From contig NC_135768.1 of assembly GCF_052425735.1 (NCBI RefSeq), positions 22,444,001 through 22,508,000 on the forward strand: a DNA stretch of 64,000 nt. The letters are read 5' to 3'. A program made the translations under genes and the position numbers. Shown piece by piece: positions 1 to 12,106 of this stretch. Each line of letters begins with the position of its first letter. The first letter of the stretch is position 1. Under the pieces are notes generated by a model that worked only from the letters and a program-made list of their open reading frames with translations, was not told the DNA's origin and did no database searches. This DNA comes from Oculina patagonica (taxonomy: Eukaryota).

Positions 1-89
1 TTGTAAAATTAAGTTCTACATGTAACATCGCTAACAATTGTGCAGTGTTAAATTGCCAAGATAACTTACGTTGAATGAGTCAGTGGAAT

Positions 90-3000
90 TTAATCCTCTT
101 TCTTAAATCTTGGAAGAGACGATAAACTGTCTGTTATTCTTATATCTTTCCTTTTGACCCGACCAGACCTGTTTAACTCTTCCATCATTGATATCAGGTC
201 TAGCGTACGCCAGCGCTTGTTAAGAATCTCCAGCATCAAAGTCAAGTCGGTCCGGGAAATTACCATTAGAGTTTCTGGCAGTTTGTTTTGTGTCCACATG
301 AGACTGGATTCCTGCTGAACAACAAACTTAACTTTGTCTGGTATTCCGGTCACCAGCTTATCCAATACATCTTTCGATAACGTTGTCCACATTCTCTTTA
401 CGGTGTAAGACAAGTCAGGCCACGACACAAGGTCCGAGAATACAAAAACAGCAAATAATGAAAGGTTTCCTAAAATAGAAGCGTCATAAAAGACAGAACG
501 TCAGTTTTAGGATGTATAATGTGGCGACAAGGAATGTGAAAACTTATTCAGAGAAATTTTGTGTTCTCTTTACGACCACTAACTAGATATATTGAAATGC
601 AAGCACGGAGACCAATCTTTCTACTTTTTTTAGCTTTCTTCGCAGGATAAATTACAAGGGAAGCATGTACATCTTAAACACATGTCATAAAACTCGCGGA
701 TAGCACTACCATGCCGTGTAACGCTGTTATGAGAAATTGCCGGCTCGGTGCCAAAGGATCTGCCGGTTACGTCAAGTATCGCTATTAACATAACGTTTTG
801 CTTAGACAGACGACAATATAACGCCTTGTTATCCAACTCCAATCAGTAGAATGCAAATATAACAAGTGAAACGAGTTATATGTAGGCCTCCGTTCTAAAG
901 CAAGACCGTTCTCGGTGAGCTAAAGTTCTCTTCATCTCACAATAAAGTTTTCCGAAATTACCTAGAACTGTTAAGCCGATATAAAAATAATGATGGAAAA
1001 TGAAAACGTCAACGAAAACAACTAACCTTTATTTTATTTAGAAAGTTATTAAACTAAAAGAGCTTAAAGCTATGTGTTCAACCACCATTCATGGATTTCA
1101 TGGATAAATTAATAAATAAACAAACAAACAAAAAAAAAAACAAATAAATAAACTCGCTGATAGAACGTGATCGCGCGTGCGTTGTTCTGTAAAGGGACAA
1201 TTTTTCATTATTTTTGACTTAAAAGTACATAACATTTGAGGTTTTGGACTGCAATCCTTTAGAATTTCTACTAAAACAATAAGACTACTCACCCTCGTTT
1301 TATATGAGCGATGGTCAACTCGGCTGTGCCTTGTTGACTATCCGCCCATAGAAATCTGGAGCGTACAGTATAGTTGTTAAAGTGTATATCAAACGGTTTT
1401 TTTTATTTGCCTGATCGAATGTACGTGGAATGCTGATGGGAACATCGAAAAAAGAAATACCGAAATCTCTTTTTTTCACCGCGTTTTCGCGCTCTGAAAT
1501 GGTGAAATTTCACTTCCGGTTGGGTCCAAAACCGCGCACATTGGGGAGCTGGGTCTATTCTGCTTTTGACGTCACGGCCGATCTAGACCCAGCTCCCCAC
1601 GGTGCGCCGTGACGTCAAACAAGAATGCGCTCAGTGATACACTCAATAACCAAACAAACCAAACATGGAATTTTAAAGCTGCGACGGCATAGATTTAAAA
1701 TCGCTAAAAACACAACAACACGTGCGCTACTTCTAAATTCGTTTTGAGCCTAATACGTCAAGATTAAATACCGCCTTTTCATTTTACTTACCTGTACATT
1801 TGCTGATATGATATATGATAGCTTTATTTTCACACGCTGTTTCCATGGGCTTTTCTAAAGAAACTATTATTACACTAGTATCCCTCTAGACTTCAGATCA
1901 TTTATAAACTTCCAAGCCTTTAGCTTTTTTTTCGGTTTTCCGGCAACCAAGCCGCAATCTTCCCTGTTCAGTTTGTTTGGTTCTTGAGTGTATCACTTGT
2001 TTGACGTCACGGCGCCCAGTGGGGAGCTGGATCCAGACCGGCCATGACTTCAAAAGCAGAATAGACCCAGCTCCCCACTGTGCGCGGTTTTGGACCCAAC
2101 CGGAAGTGAAAATATTGCGTGTTTTAGGTCAAAAACGCGGTGAAAAAAACGAGATTTCGAATTTCTTTTTTCGATGTTCGCATCAGCATACCACGTAGAT
2201 TTGATCAGGCAAAAAAAAAAATCTGACATATACACTTTAAATAAAAAACGTAAAAATCCAACTGTTAAGTGTAGTACACTGAATAAGCTCGTTTTACAGG
2301 ACATCACGGCGACCATATTGGTGTTTCCAAACAATGAAAATTATTCTTATGCAAACAACTTCTACTGTTTGGAACACCGATGGCTACCGCGAAAAAGATC
2401 TATATTAGCGTTAGTCAAGTTTTGAAGTAAATTGTACAAAACACTTTAATAAAGGTAATTAAGGATATTTTTTTCTTATTATCACTAACCTTGATTGTGT
2501 ATCCAACTGTCAATGACCGATGACGCAGCCAACTTGGCCTCATCTATCTCCTTACATACCTCCGGTTCTATCTTTTGGATCTCACCCTGTAGTGTTTGCG
2601 TCTCTGATCGCGTCTCCCTACCAAATTTCTTCTTGTCGTCAACAAGCCTTCTTTGCCTGTCAATTACTTTTATCTCCTTTTGCAGGTTAAGTAGCTCTCC
2701 TAATTTTCTGCATTGAATTGTAGTTACCTCGCTCTTGGAGTTAAGATCTTTAAAAAAAGAATCAATCCCTTTTGTGCCACGACTCCCGACACGAGCATCA
2801 ATAATCAAAACAGCAGCATTGCTATGATACGTTGTGGGACGCTCAGCAGTTCTCCTCAATTTTTCTATCTCGTGTAAAGGGAGAGCGGCCCGCAGCGATC
2901 TTGCGGGGTGCGATTTCCTTGGTTTCTCCAGCAAATCCACGAGGTCATACAACTGTAATGCCTCAAACACTTCTTTCATTAGCTTCACAGGAGTGTCCGG

Positions 3001-6000
3001 AAAGTATTTGACAAGATTAACCAATGTGAGCCCACCGAATTTTTGTTTGATTCCGATTCCAAATGACTGATATAAATGTTTTATAGCAACATTGTCAACC
3101 ATTAGCCTTATTGACAGTTCCCTGATGACTTCTATACTGAGATCCTTTAAGCGAAGTGCATAGAGGTCATCTGAAAACAAGAATAAAAAACAACAAAAAT
3201 GAGATAATAGTCAGTTAATGTATAATATAGCTGTGTAATAAGAAAAAGTCGGTTTTGAGGTTAACTTTCTTTTAACTCCTGCAATCCCTACAACCCCTGA
3301 AAAAGGTACCCCTTTCGGGCGCAGCCTTTCCGTATAGTCTACCATAGGGAGGCTCCCCCCGGGTCCGTATAGAAATACCAAGGGTTAATATTCTCCCATT
3401 ACGGACACGAGCAACCTTGGTTAATTAGACAGTTATTGCTCAACTGAAAAATATTTTTATAGATATAAGTGGAAAGCAAAAGAGATGAAAAGAACGGGAT
3501 ACAGTGGAACCCCGATATAACGATATGTCAAGGGAGCAGTAGAACTATATCGGGGTATCGTTATATCGAAACTCCCGATATAACGAGATGGCCGTAAAAT
3601 AACCGAAAATATCGTTATATCGGGGTCAAGCTAACATGTACTTCGATGTACTTCTTTACTGGATAACGAGGCTTAAAACACAGTATCAAAATTGTATATC
3701 ATCATACAAAGCTGTTGTCAAAAACGTTAGAGATTACTCGATGACAGTAAATTTATTGTATTAAATTAAGGGTTTTGCTTAAATTTTGACTGTGTTCTGT
3801 TAATATCGTTATATCGGGGAAGATTTTACGTTCGGTTCGCTAAATTCTCATCGTTATATCGGGGATATCGTTATATCGAAGATCGTTATATCGGGGTTCT
3901 GTCCCATACATTTTACTGTAACTTTTGCCGGGACATAGAATATTCATCGTTATATCGGGAATATCGTTATATCGAAGATCGTTATATCGGGGTTCTGTCC
4001 CATACATTTTACTGTAACTTTTGCCGGGATATAGAATATTCATCGTTATATCGGGAATATCGTTATATCGAAGATCGTTATATCGGGGTTCCACTGTACT
4101 GACCGAGGAACCACCGGACGGATGTTTTGGTTGGAAAAGAATTCCCTAACGTTGTTTTACAAACCAATAGAAAGTTCGAGTGTTTCTTATGCGACTAGCT
4201 TATTGTTTCTCTTTTGTAATCCATTACAATGCACGTATCCGCGCGGGATTATATGACATAACACCCGGTCCAGTAAGAGCTAAAACAAAATTAGTACCAA
4301 CAGGATGCGATGTTAGACGCTGTGTTTTCTTTACGTTTGGGTTACTCAAGTTCATGTTTATTAATTATAGTAATTTATGAATTATGTAACAATTTAGAGC
4401 CCTGTCATGACTCCGATCGAATCACATAGATATCAGTATTGTTCGAGAATGCAAAATTGCATCACCAGTGTATGAAGTTGTTGTATTGACTATAATAAAG
4501 TGATGGCATAATTATAACGAAATATGCATTCAGTTTGTCTTCATTTTTAGAAACGAATTTTGTGTTGTGAATTGAAGGAACATTGGAATAAAAGCTTGCA
4601 AATGACAACACTTAGTGAACGTGATGGAAACAAAATTAAAAAAAATTAAGGGGGAGATCTGCGATCTGCGCTGTGACACCTGCAATGAAGGTATCTCATT
4701 GGTTTATTATAGTTACTGGCCCTCAGATTACTTAAGTCGTGTAATAATAATGTCGAATATTGTCCAAATAACTTGTTGATAGTTACCAGAGATGTCTTCC
4801 ATTCCAATATCAGATGGTGCACCATGTGTTCTTATCCCGCTATCACTCGTCTCTGTCGTCATACTCTGCGTCTCATCACGGATGTTCTGTAGGTAACTCT
4901 GAACGAACGCGTATTTCTCGGAATCAACATATCTCGCTTCATCTCCAACAGATATTTCCTGGGCTCCCTTACCCCCTGTAATCTCCTCGTCTCTTGCTTT
5001 GTAATACAAATCTGAATCAGAATGTCTTCGACGGCTTGTTCCAGGTCTTTCAAGCTTTTCCGTTTCTTGAGCTGTGAAAGGTAACGTGCATCAACAATGT
5101 TAAAGATCGTAGCCAAACTGAATCACTCGTAGAGACAACCATTTAAAGTTGTTTTAATCTCTAACTTTTTTGTGACCGCGATAAAAGTCCCCCCCCCCTC
5201 CCTAAAAAAGGCTCGTCGCGAAGATCATACGTTTTCAATCATCTGTAATAAACATTCCAAAAGGATAGATCGGAGAGCCTTAATACGGTACAATTTTTTA
5301 GTTCCAAAAGCGATGGTGGGCTTTAAATTTAAAGAGGACATCATTATTCCTGAACTGCAGCCGCTTTAGTAGCGTTGTTTTTCAACGCTTTTCACGTTAC
5401 AAGCCATGCACATTTCTGTTTCCGTGCAGAATTATTAGAAACATACTGATAAATAAAACGTTAAGCTCTTACAATCCCTACCATTTACTTCCTCCTGCCA
5501 GTCCAATCTCCTCAGTGCATTTTTCGCTTCCGCAATCTCGGCTTTTAGCTTCTTGTTTTCCTCTTCTAAAGCTTGCAGTCTTTGGCTGTAAAAATTCAAC
5601 TTGTTTTCTGCATGTTTTAGTTTCATCAAAGTTACGTCATCTTCATTTGTTTTGAAGCAAAGAAAAGAGTCGGAGTTCCTTCGACGTCTTCCTGCAAGTG
5701 TTTCTTCGTCTTTGATATCAGACACTGAAAGAAATTCAATGAAAAAAATAATGATGAATTTCTCCTGAATTTTGCATGACCACCGTCTCAGGTTAATCTG
5801 CCTTAACTATACAGATAAATCTGTAAATAAATTTGAGAATCACGAATACTTGACACGGAAAATAAGAATGTAAAATACATATTAAGCCCCTACGCCAGCT
5901 TATAAATTTTACGATTATATTATTTTGTTCCAATTGCACGGAATATAGACAACTTCAGAGGAGATGTTTCGGATGAGGTTTCTGTCTCGCTTGCATTCCT

Positions 6001-9000
6001 CGCGTTTCATTTAACTCACACCATGAACACTGCGCAACAAATCTTGCCGCCTTTTTATACACCCCTTTTTTAAATCAAACTTAAACGTCCACAACACCCA
6101 GTCGATTTACAATTTAAGAAATTCAAAAGATCGATCAATTGCTCGTTTAAGAATTTACGCAAAATGCTACCAGCGACCGAAAACAAAATTTACTGTTCAA
6201 CTATCGATACAATTTGGGATGAGACTCAGATCGCGCACGCGCAGTGCAGGGTGCCTTGGGGGCGGACAATCACGTGGAAACCAAACTTTTTCGGCTGGAT
6301 GGGTTTACCATGATTTTGAAGAAGCATTAGACCAAGATAAGCCTCCTTATACTCCTGTTCGTCGATAAACACAGACACCTCAACGTCTTTACCATTCGCC
6401 AGCTCTTTGACTTCTTCAGTGACAAGGAATTCTTGAAGGCGACTCTGCAATGTTCCACTTTTGTAGATGTCCCATAACTCCTTCAAAGCTGAGGATGTCT
6501 CTGCTTGCACAGTGAAGCACAGGGATCCCTCACTGATCTCAACCAGTTTAGTATATGAGACCAAAACCACTTTGTTAAAGACTTCCACGAATTCGTCAAG
6601 ACTGGAGCAGCTACGTAGAGCCATTCCACTGGAAACCACCAGAAGACCTCCAGCGATCGTACGTATGTTACAAACCATCTTAATGGCTGTTGAAACAAGA
6701 CAATAGGTAAGTGTTGCTGAACGTAATGCTTTGATAATTAATTCTGTGGTACGTTTGAGCACTTAAAGTAAAACGGGAATTCCCTTTTGAGTACAAGGGT
6801 GAATGAATAATTATCTGAAAGATTGGAAAACCAGAGGGGGTTTAGAGAATCAAAGGCACCATGATATTAAGGGAAGGTAGGTAAGTTGAAGTCTGTGTCA
6901 AGCCAAGTGGCCCATACCACTGCAGCTTATCCCAATTTCTGTAGCATTAAGTGACTGGGAGTATTTCTACCCTCTTGGATGGGATGCTAGTCCATCGCAG
7001 GGGTTACCTTCCTCCAAGCATTATTTCTACATTTCTACACCTGGGTGGAGAGGGGGCACTATGAGAGTAAAGTGTCTTGTCCAAGAACACAACACAAATG
7101 ATCCAGGTCAGGGCTCAAACCCAGACCCCTAAATCCGCAGTCCAGTCCAGTTACCCAGGGGGGTACTCAAAGTATACATGACAGGGGGGGAGTGGCCGAC
7201 GTATATTTTTATGAGTTAGAAATTTACATGCTTGGTATTTTTGGGGGTCTGTCTGTTTCTTTAGGGCTTAAAAATGATATGCGTATTTTTTGAGTCTTAT
7301 ATCTGGGCGAACTTTTCGTTTCGGGTTTTCATTGTAATCAGTGGATCAGAAAAATATTCATTTGCACTTTTTTTCAGCGACGTGCATTAGAAAGTTCTGC
7401 TTAATTGAATAAATTAGTATTGAAGTATTTAAGTCTGGGTTGGAAATTTTGATGCCAGGTATTTTTTGGGGTCTAAAATTTTAGGCTTGTGCATTATTTT
7501 GGTTTTGCAATATGAAGCTCTGTTGGACCCCCCCCTCCCCCGTCATGTATACTTCAAGTACCCCCCCAGTGCAGTTACCATTAGGCCACTGTGTTTCCTA
7601 GGGTAAGGGGAGCCCAAAGTTACATTAGTTATACTCATAGGATGTGGAGAGGGCCTATATACAATATTCCAAATACATGTATCTGTGTTATTTTAGGACA
7701 AATTGGCATTTGTGCAAAGGGGGGACAAAGTTGTGTGCACTTTCTGACTGTTCAAGGGTTACATGTAGCTGGTGATAACTTAATTACTTAGCTAACATTC
7801 ACTATATAAAGCTCATTCCCCCTTTTCCTGGTAATTATTGCACTGTTCTTGAGGGAATGAGGAACCACATGAGGTACACACACACAGACAGAAAACATTT
7901 TAACATTGATAGGGCATTGTTAAGTAAGCTAATTTTGGGGCAATTGGACCAGTCATTTGTCAATATGTTTATACTTTAAAAAAGGTAAGGTAAAGTCTGT
8001 GTCTGAGCCAAGTGGCCCATACAGCCGGAACTTATCCCGGTTTCCGTAGCATTAAGCAACTAGGAGTATTGCTAGACATCGCAGAGTTTTTTACTCCCCC
8101 AGCAGTAGAGAAATTCACCAGTACCCCTTTATACACCTAGGTGGAGAAAGGCACTGTGAGAGTGCCTTTGTCTTGCCCAGGCACCGCCCCGGGCAGGGCT
8201 CGAACCCGGGCTGTTTGACACGGAGTCGAGTGCGCTAACCATTAGGCCACTGCACCTTTCATGTGTTTATACTTTAGCCAGAGTTGAATATTTACAGAGA
8301 AGTTTCCCTTTGCATAACTAGAAATGGACGAGGTGGTTGTCAACCAAACTTTTTTGATCCCCCCTCCCCCATCAGTGATGCAAAAAAAAAATATTTGGCC
8401 TTCATTTACAGGCAGCCACCCTCCCCATAAATAATTACCACTCCCTTAATTCTATGGAAATTGCTTATCTGCAGGTGTTTACGGTAATATGAATTTTTGT
8501 TCAAAAGAATTTTATATTGTATACATTTGTTATTGTCTTTACAAGTGTACCAAGATTTCAGTTCTTGAGCTTTTGGCCACTTCAATGACTTGATCCCATC
8601 AGTGGCCTTGTTTATCAGTAAATGGCCGCACCGAGCAACAGCAATTTACTCCCAAGGTAATGGGTTTGAATCACAACAAGGTCAAAAAAGTTTTTGGTCT
8701 CATTTTTCATAGTAATTGGGACTCACAGAAGGAAATTCACAGCGTTATTTTCTCAGTGCTAAAATTACTACACAGTTTTAAGATTCTGTTATTTACAGTT
8801 TGAGTAGCTAGTGTTAGTGCTGTGCGGCTGAACATTGCATTGCACCTGCAGCCTTCAAGTCTAATAAAAAGCTGTATTTCCTTAACTGTTGAGTAGCCAT
8901 CTAAAAAAATTTAATCATTTTTTTTTTTTTAATTAAGTCATAAAAGGGGGCAACCAAGCTCATTTCTAAGCTGTAATGACAGGCTAATTGTCAACCGTAG

Positions 9001-10096
9001 TTAATTGTCATGGTGATGCTTAAAATGTTTGGTCCCATGATTATTTATCATATTTCATTTGATCAACGGTATTAACTTCAAACTGCTACAGTACAAAGTC
9101 AAAATTTATTCAAACTATCCCTCAAGGCTGTCTGCAATGTCAGGTTTATGCCGATGGTACTAAATGGAATGCAGGTACAGGTTGATTGTGGGAGTACAGT
9201 GCACTGGACTCAAGAGCGGTGCCTCTCTAGCCCCAGGTGTATAAATGGGTACCAGTGAAACTATTGCTGTGGGGTAACCCTGTGATGTACTAGCATCCCA
9301 TCCAGGGGGCAGCAGAAATACTCCTAGTTGTTTCACGGCATGGAAACCAGGATACCTACTCAACCAGGATATAACCAAAAATAAAAGATCATATTTGGTT
9401 AAATAAAATAATATTTCAGTTGACATGTTTATGCAGCCTGTTACGTTGCCTCCAAAAACACCAGGGTTGCATGTGGTTTGTTTAAATCTATTTTCTGTCT
9501 AACTCACCTCCTTTTATAGATGTTGCCGCCCGCTTCAACGATGAAACGATACCAACTGATTGGGCTGAAATAAAAGCAGTAGTAATATATAAATCCCTCG
9601 GGGGTAAAAACCACACATCGTAACGTAAAATACGGGTTCTAAAGGGACAAGCACGGAAACTTAGTTAAAGATCACAGAATGACCAAGTAAGGAAACAGTT
9701 AAATTGAAGTTACCAGATTAGTTCAATCGTTTTGTGTATTATAAATAACTGACTTCCGGCATCACAAATTTGCATGTAAGCTTATGTAACCTAGCGTTAT
9801 ACTAAAACATCAAATTCAATTGGAATACCTTTTCTTTTGATCTCAAACTTCTCCACCTTCTTAAGCAGCGGTCGTTTCTTCATCTCTGATAATATCTCTT
9901 TCAGAGTGTCTAAACGATCAATTCCAAGGGAATTGTGTTTCTCTAGTTGTTTAAATAACGCGAGTACATCTCGAATGTTCTCTTCACTGCCTTTCGCTAT
10001 CTTATTTCTGCACATAAAAACCAATCTTGGCAGTTGGTTTCCGTCAAGTTTCTCACTGATCTCGAAAAGAAGATTATTATACTCGATTTCTGACAT
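90..10096 (-). CDS. Multi-domain death-fold protein: DED, TRADD-N-like domain, coiled coil, death-domain-like region, degenerate caspase-like domain (744 aa, 6 coding exons)
   Basis: Exons 10096-9829, 6686-6309, 5724-5482, 5071-4787, 3170-2490 and 469-90 are joined by GT-AG phase-1 introns into one open 2235-nt frame. Exon 1 is DED-like (EYNNLLFEISEKLDGNQLPRLVFMC...LFKQLEKHNSLGIDRLDTLKEIL). Exon 2 GSLCFTVQAETSSALKELWDIYKSGTLQSRLQEFLVT resembles invertebrate TRADD-N-like domains. Gene model confidence is higher than confidence in the C-terminal domain calls. Small extra exons in intron 1 cannot be excluded. Confidence 0.85.
1381..2236. mobile_element. Non-autonomous DNA transposon, Kolobok-like, with long TIRs
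   Basis: TTAA at 1377-1380 and 2237-2240; termini AGTGTATAT...ATATACACT; about 250-bp imperfect inverted arms. RR..YY termini with a TTAA target fit Kolobok. Confidence 0.8.
3502..4096. mobile_element. Tc1/mariner-type MITE with an internal 96-bp tandem repeat
   Basis: TA|CAGTGGAACCCCGATATAACGA ... TCGTTATATCGGGGTTCCACTG|TA; about 2.6 copies of a 96-bp unit at ~3845-4090; many TCGTTATATCG motifs. Confidence 0.9.
6890..7592 (-). mobile_element. tRNA-derived SINE (family A) interrupted by a CCCGGG-type TIR element (~7155-7568)
   Basis: Reverse-complement similarity to the SINE at 10757-11035. The SINE head (CATTAGGCCACTG) resumes at ~7580 after an insertion with GGGGGGTACT...AGTACCCCCCC termini, with CAGTTAC on both sides. 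Confidence 0.75.
7984..8258 (-). mobile_element. tRNA-derived SINE (family A)
   Basis: Minus strand reads GTGGCCTAATGGTTAG (A box) ... GGGTTCGAGCCC (B box), a shared core (CTCCACCTAGGTGTATAAA) and a TTTACC tail. Confidence 0.85.
9190..9355 (+). mobile_element. Degenerate SINE family A fragment
   Basis: Core CCCAGGTGTATAAATGGGTACC...TAGCATCCCATCCAGGGGG shared with 10757-11035. Confidence 0.75.
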
Positions 10097-10756
10097 CTTA
10101 GCTGAAGGAAGACGTCCTTAGTGCAAGAAAACAGCGTTTAACTCTGCATTGCAATCCAACATGGCGGACACGGCCAAGAGGGAAAAACATTGCGTGACAA
10201 CAAGTCAGCCCGCACCCACAAAACGTCACGCGACCTATAAAGGAGGGTGTTTAACCTTTGCTGAACGAGGTTTACTCTTATCGTTAATATCTATTTTGAA
10301 ACGGAAAATTATCTAAATAGATTTCGTGTCGTTTTCCCTTCGTCATTAAAGAGTAGCTAAGACAGGTTTGTTGCAGGCCTCTAACACAAATTGCGGCCAT
10401 ACGTGAGCATTGAAGGCCAACTAATTGCATTTAGGCAAGGTCACGCAAACGCAAAAAACGTATAACGCAGCTCAGTTGGTAGAGCGCCGCAATATACCAT
10501 CATCGCTGGTTACGACGAGAAAAAAAAAAATACCCCCGATACATGATTTTTTAACCAAAGGCCAGTTGTAAATGCATTTATTGTCTGTCATAGGGTTTCA
10601 AGGGCTTCTGTAGGTGGGATTCACAGCCACCTTAAACTTATGAAAAAATAACGTAGGTCCGAATCCTGCCTACAGATTTTTTTAAAAATTGGCAAAAATG
10701 TTCCTTTTGCCGGTTATAAAAAAGGCCGCAGAAAAAGATGGTGGTGGGGGTGGGGG

Positions 10757-11035
10757 TGGAGGCGCGGTGGCCTAATGGTTAGTGCGCCGGACTCCGGATC
10801 GAGCATTCCGGGTTCGAGCCCCGGCCGGGGTCACTTGTGTTGTGTTCTTGGGCAAGACACTTTACTCTCATAGTGCCTCTCTCCACCCAGGTGTATAAAT
10901 GGGTACCGGCGACATAATGCTGAGGGGAACCCTGCAATGGACTAGCATCCCATTCAGGGGGGAGTAGAAATATTCCTAGCTGCTAAATGCTACGGAAACC
11001 AGGTTAAGCTCCGGCAGTGTGGACCGCTTGACTCG
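10757..11035 (+). mobile_element. tRNA-derived SINE (family A, near full length)
   Basis: A box GTGGCCTAATGGTTAG, B box GGGTTCGAGCCC, then a body CTTGGGCAAGACACTTTACTCTCA...CCACCCAGGTGTATAAATGGGTACCGGCG; four related copies in the window. Confidence 0.9.
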
Positions 11036-11100
11036 TGGCTTCTTCTTTTTTTTTAAGGTGGGGGTACATGTGAATTTGAGTGAAATTTTAGGAGGTTTAA

Positions 11101-11550
11101 GGTCATTGCCCCGAAATAAAACTGAACATAGATTTTTAATCAAACTTCGCCTACTGGTTTATTACTTCAAGGGAACTTAAATTTTGAAATAAAAAAGGGG
11201 GGTCACCAGATTCGTTTAGGAGCAGGAAGACCATGTATATTCCATATAATTCCTTTATAATTCCTCTGCGAGTACTGGCAAAGTACACTTTTTTAGCGAT
11301 AATTTATTTTTCAAACACATGAATTGATCTGTTTTCATTTTACAGAAAGAATTTGATCGCTACACCCAAAATATGAGAAAAAATTGATAGGTCACCAGGC
11401 TCGTTTAGGAGAAAATGACAATTTACTTCTCTCGCGGACTAAGCCGCATAGAAAAAAGCCGCCATTTTGTTGATGTGCTCGCGCGCGCGCGCTAATTACG
11501 CGTAAAATTCTGCGCAGTAAGGATGCGCAATGCAAAACAGGGCAATGACC
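11101..11550. mobile_element. Kolobok-like MITE
   Basis: TTAA|GGTCATTGCCC ... GGGCAATGACC|TTAA. Confidence 0.85.
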
Positions 11551-11889
11551 TTAAAGAATAGAAAATAGAAAGAAAATTGTTTTTGGAACACCACCAAACA
11601 GTTGACCCCCACGCAAGAGCACTCCAGGTTGTCTGGGGACTGTTTTGGTGTCACTCTACTAATTATAAACTTCAAATTCTAATGTTAAAATCACACCTAA
11701 TCTTCAATATTTTTTTATTTCTCTAAATTTTACAAATCTTTTGCGAAAAACTTTCTCCTCCCAAAAATCCTCAAAGTTTACCAAAAAATTCTCAAAACAC
11801 CTCAGAACATAGATTTGTGAAATGAGCAGAGAGTTTTTGGATTGCTTGAAACGCCAACGAGATATTCGGCGCATTAAACCAACATTAAA

Positions 11890-12106
11890 TAGGGTCAGCC
11901 AGGGGGGTAAGTGGTATACCAGTATACCTGAAAAGCATGTACCCAGTATACCCAAAATTACCCCTCAAAATTATGCAAAATACCAAAATTTGGAATGACA
12001 CAGTATACTTTATACCCATAAAAGGCCCAATTTTTGGTAAAAATACATTATACCCAGTTTAAAATGCCCCTGTATACCATATACCTAAAAACCCTGACTG
12101 ACCCTG
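11890..12106. mobile_element. Small hAT-like MITE with apparent 6-bp target duplication
   Basis: ATTAAA|TAGGGTCAGCCAGGG ... CCCTGACTGACCCTG|ATTAAA; internal TATACCC repeats. Confidence 0.65.

Noticed and set aside
3840-4094. 84-aa repetitive ORF (EPRYNDLRYNDIPD...)
   Set aside because: It is the translation of a 96-bp tandem repeat inside a mariner-type MITE.
4859-5116. 85-aa ORF as an exon of the death-fold gene
   Set aside because: It needs a phase-2 junction. The acceptor at 5072 gives a phase-1 join into the other frame that continues correctly to the next exon.
10466-10680. Split or intron-containing tRNA (A-box-like 10468-10487, B-box-like ~10655-10670)
   Set aside because: No acceptor or anticodon stem can be formed; more likely decayed SINE fragments.
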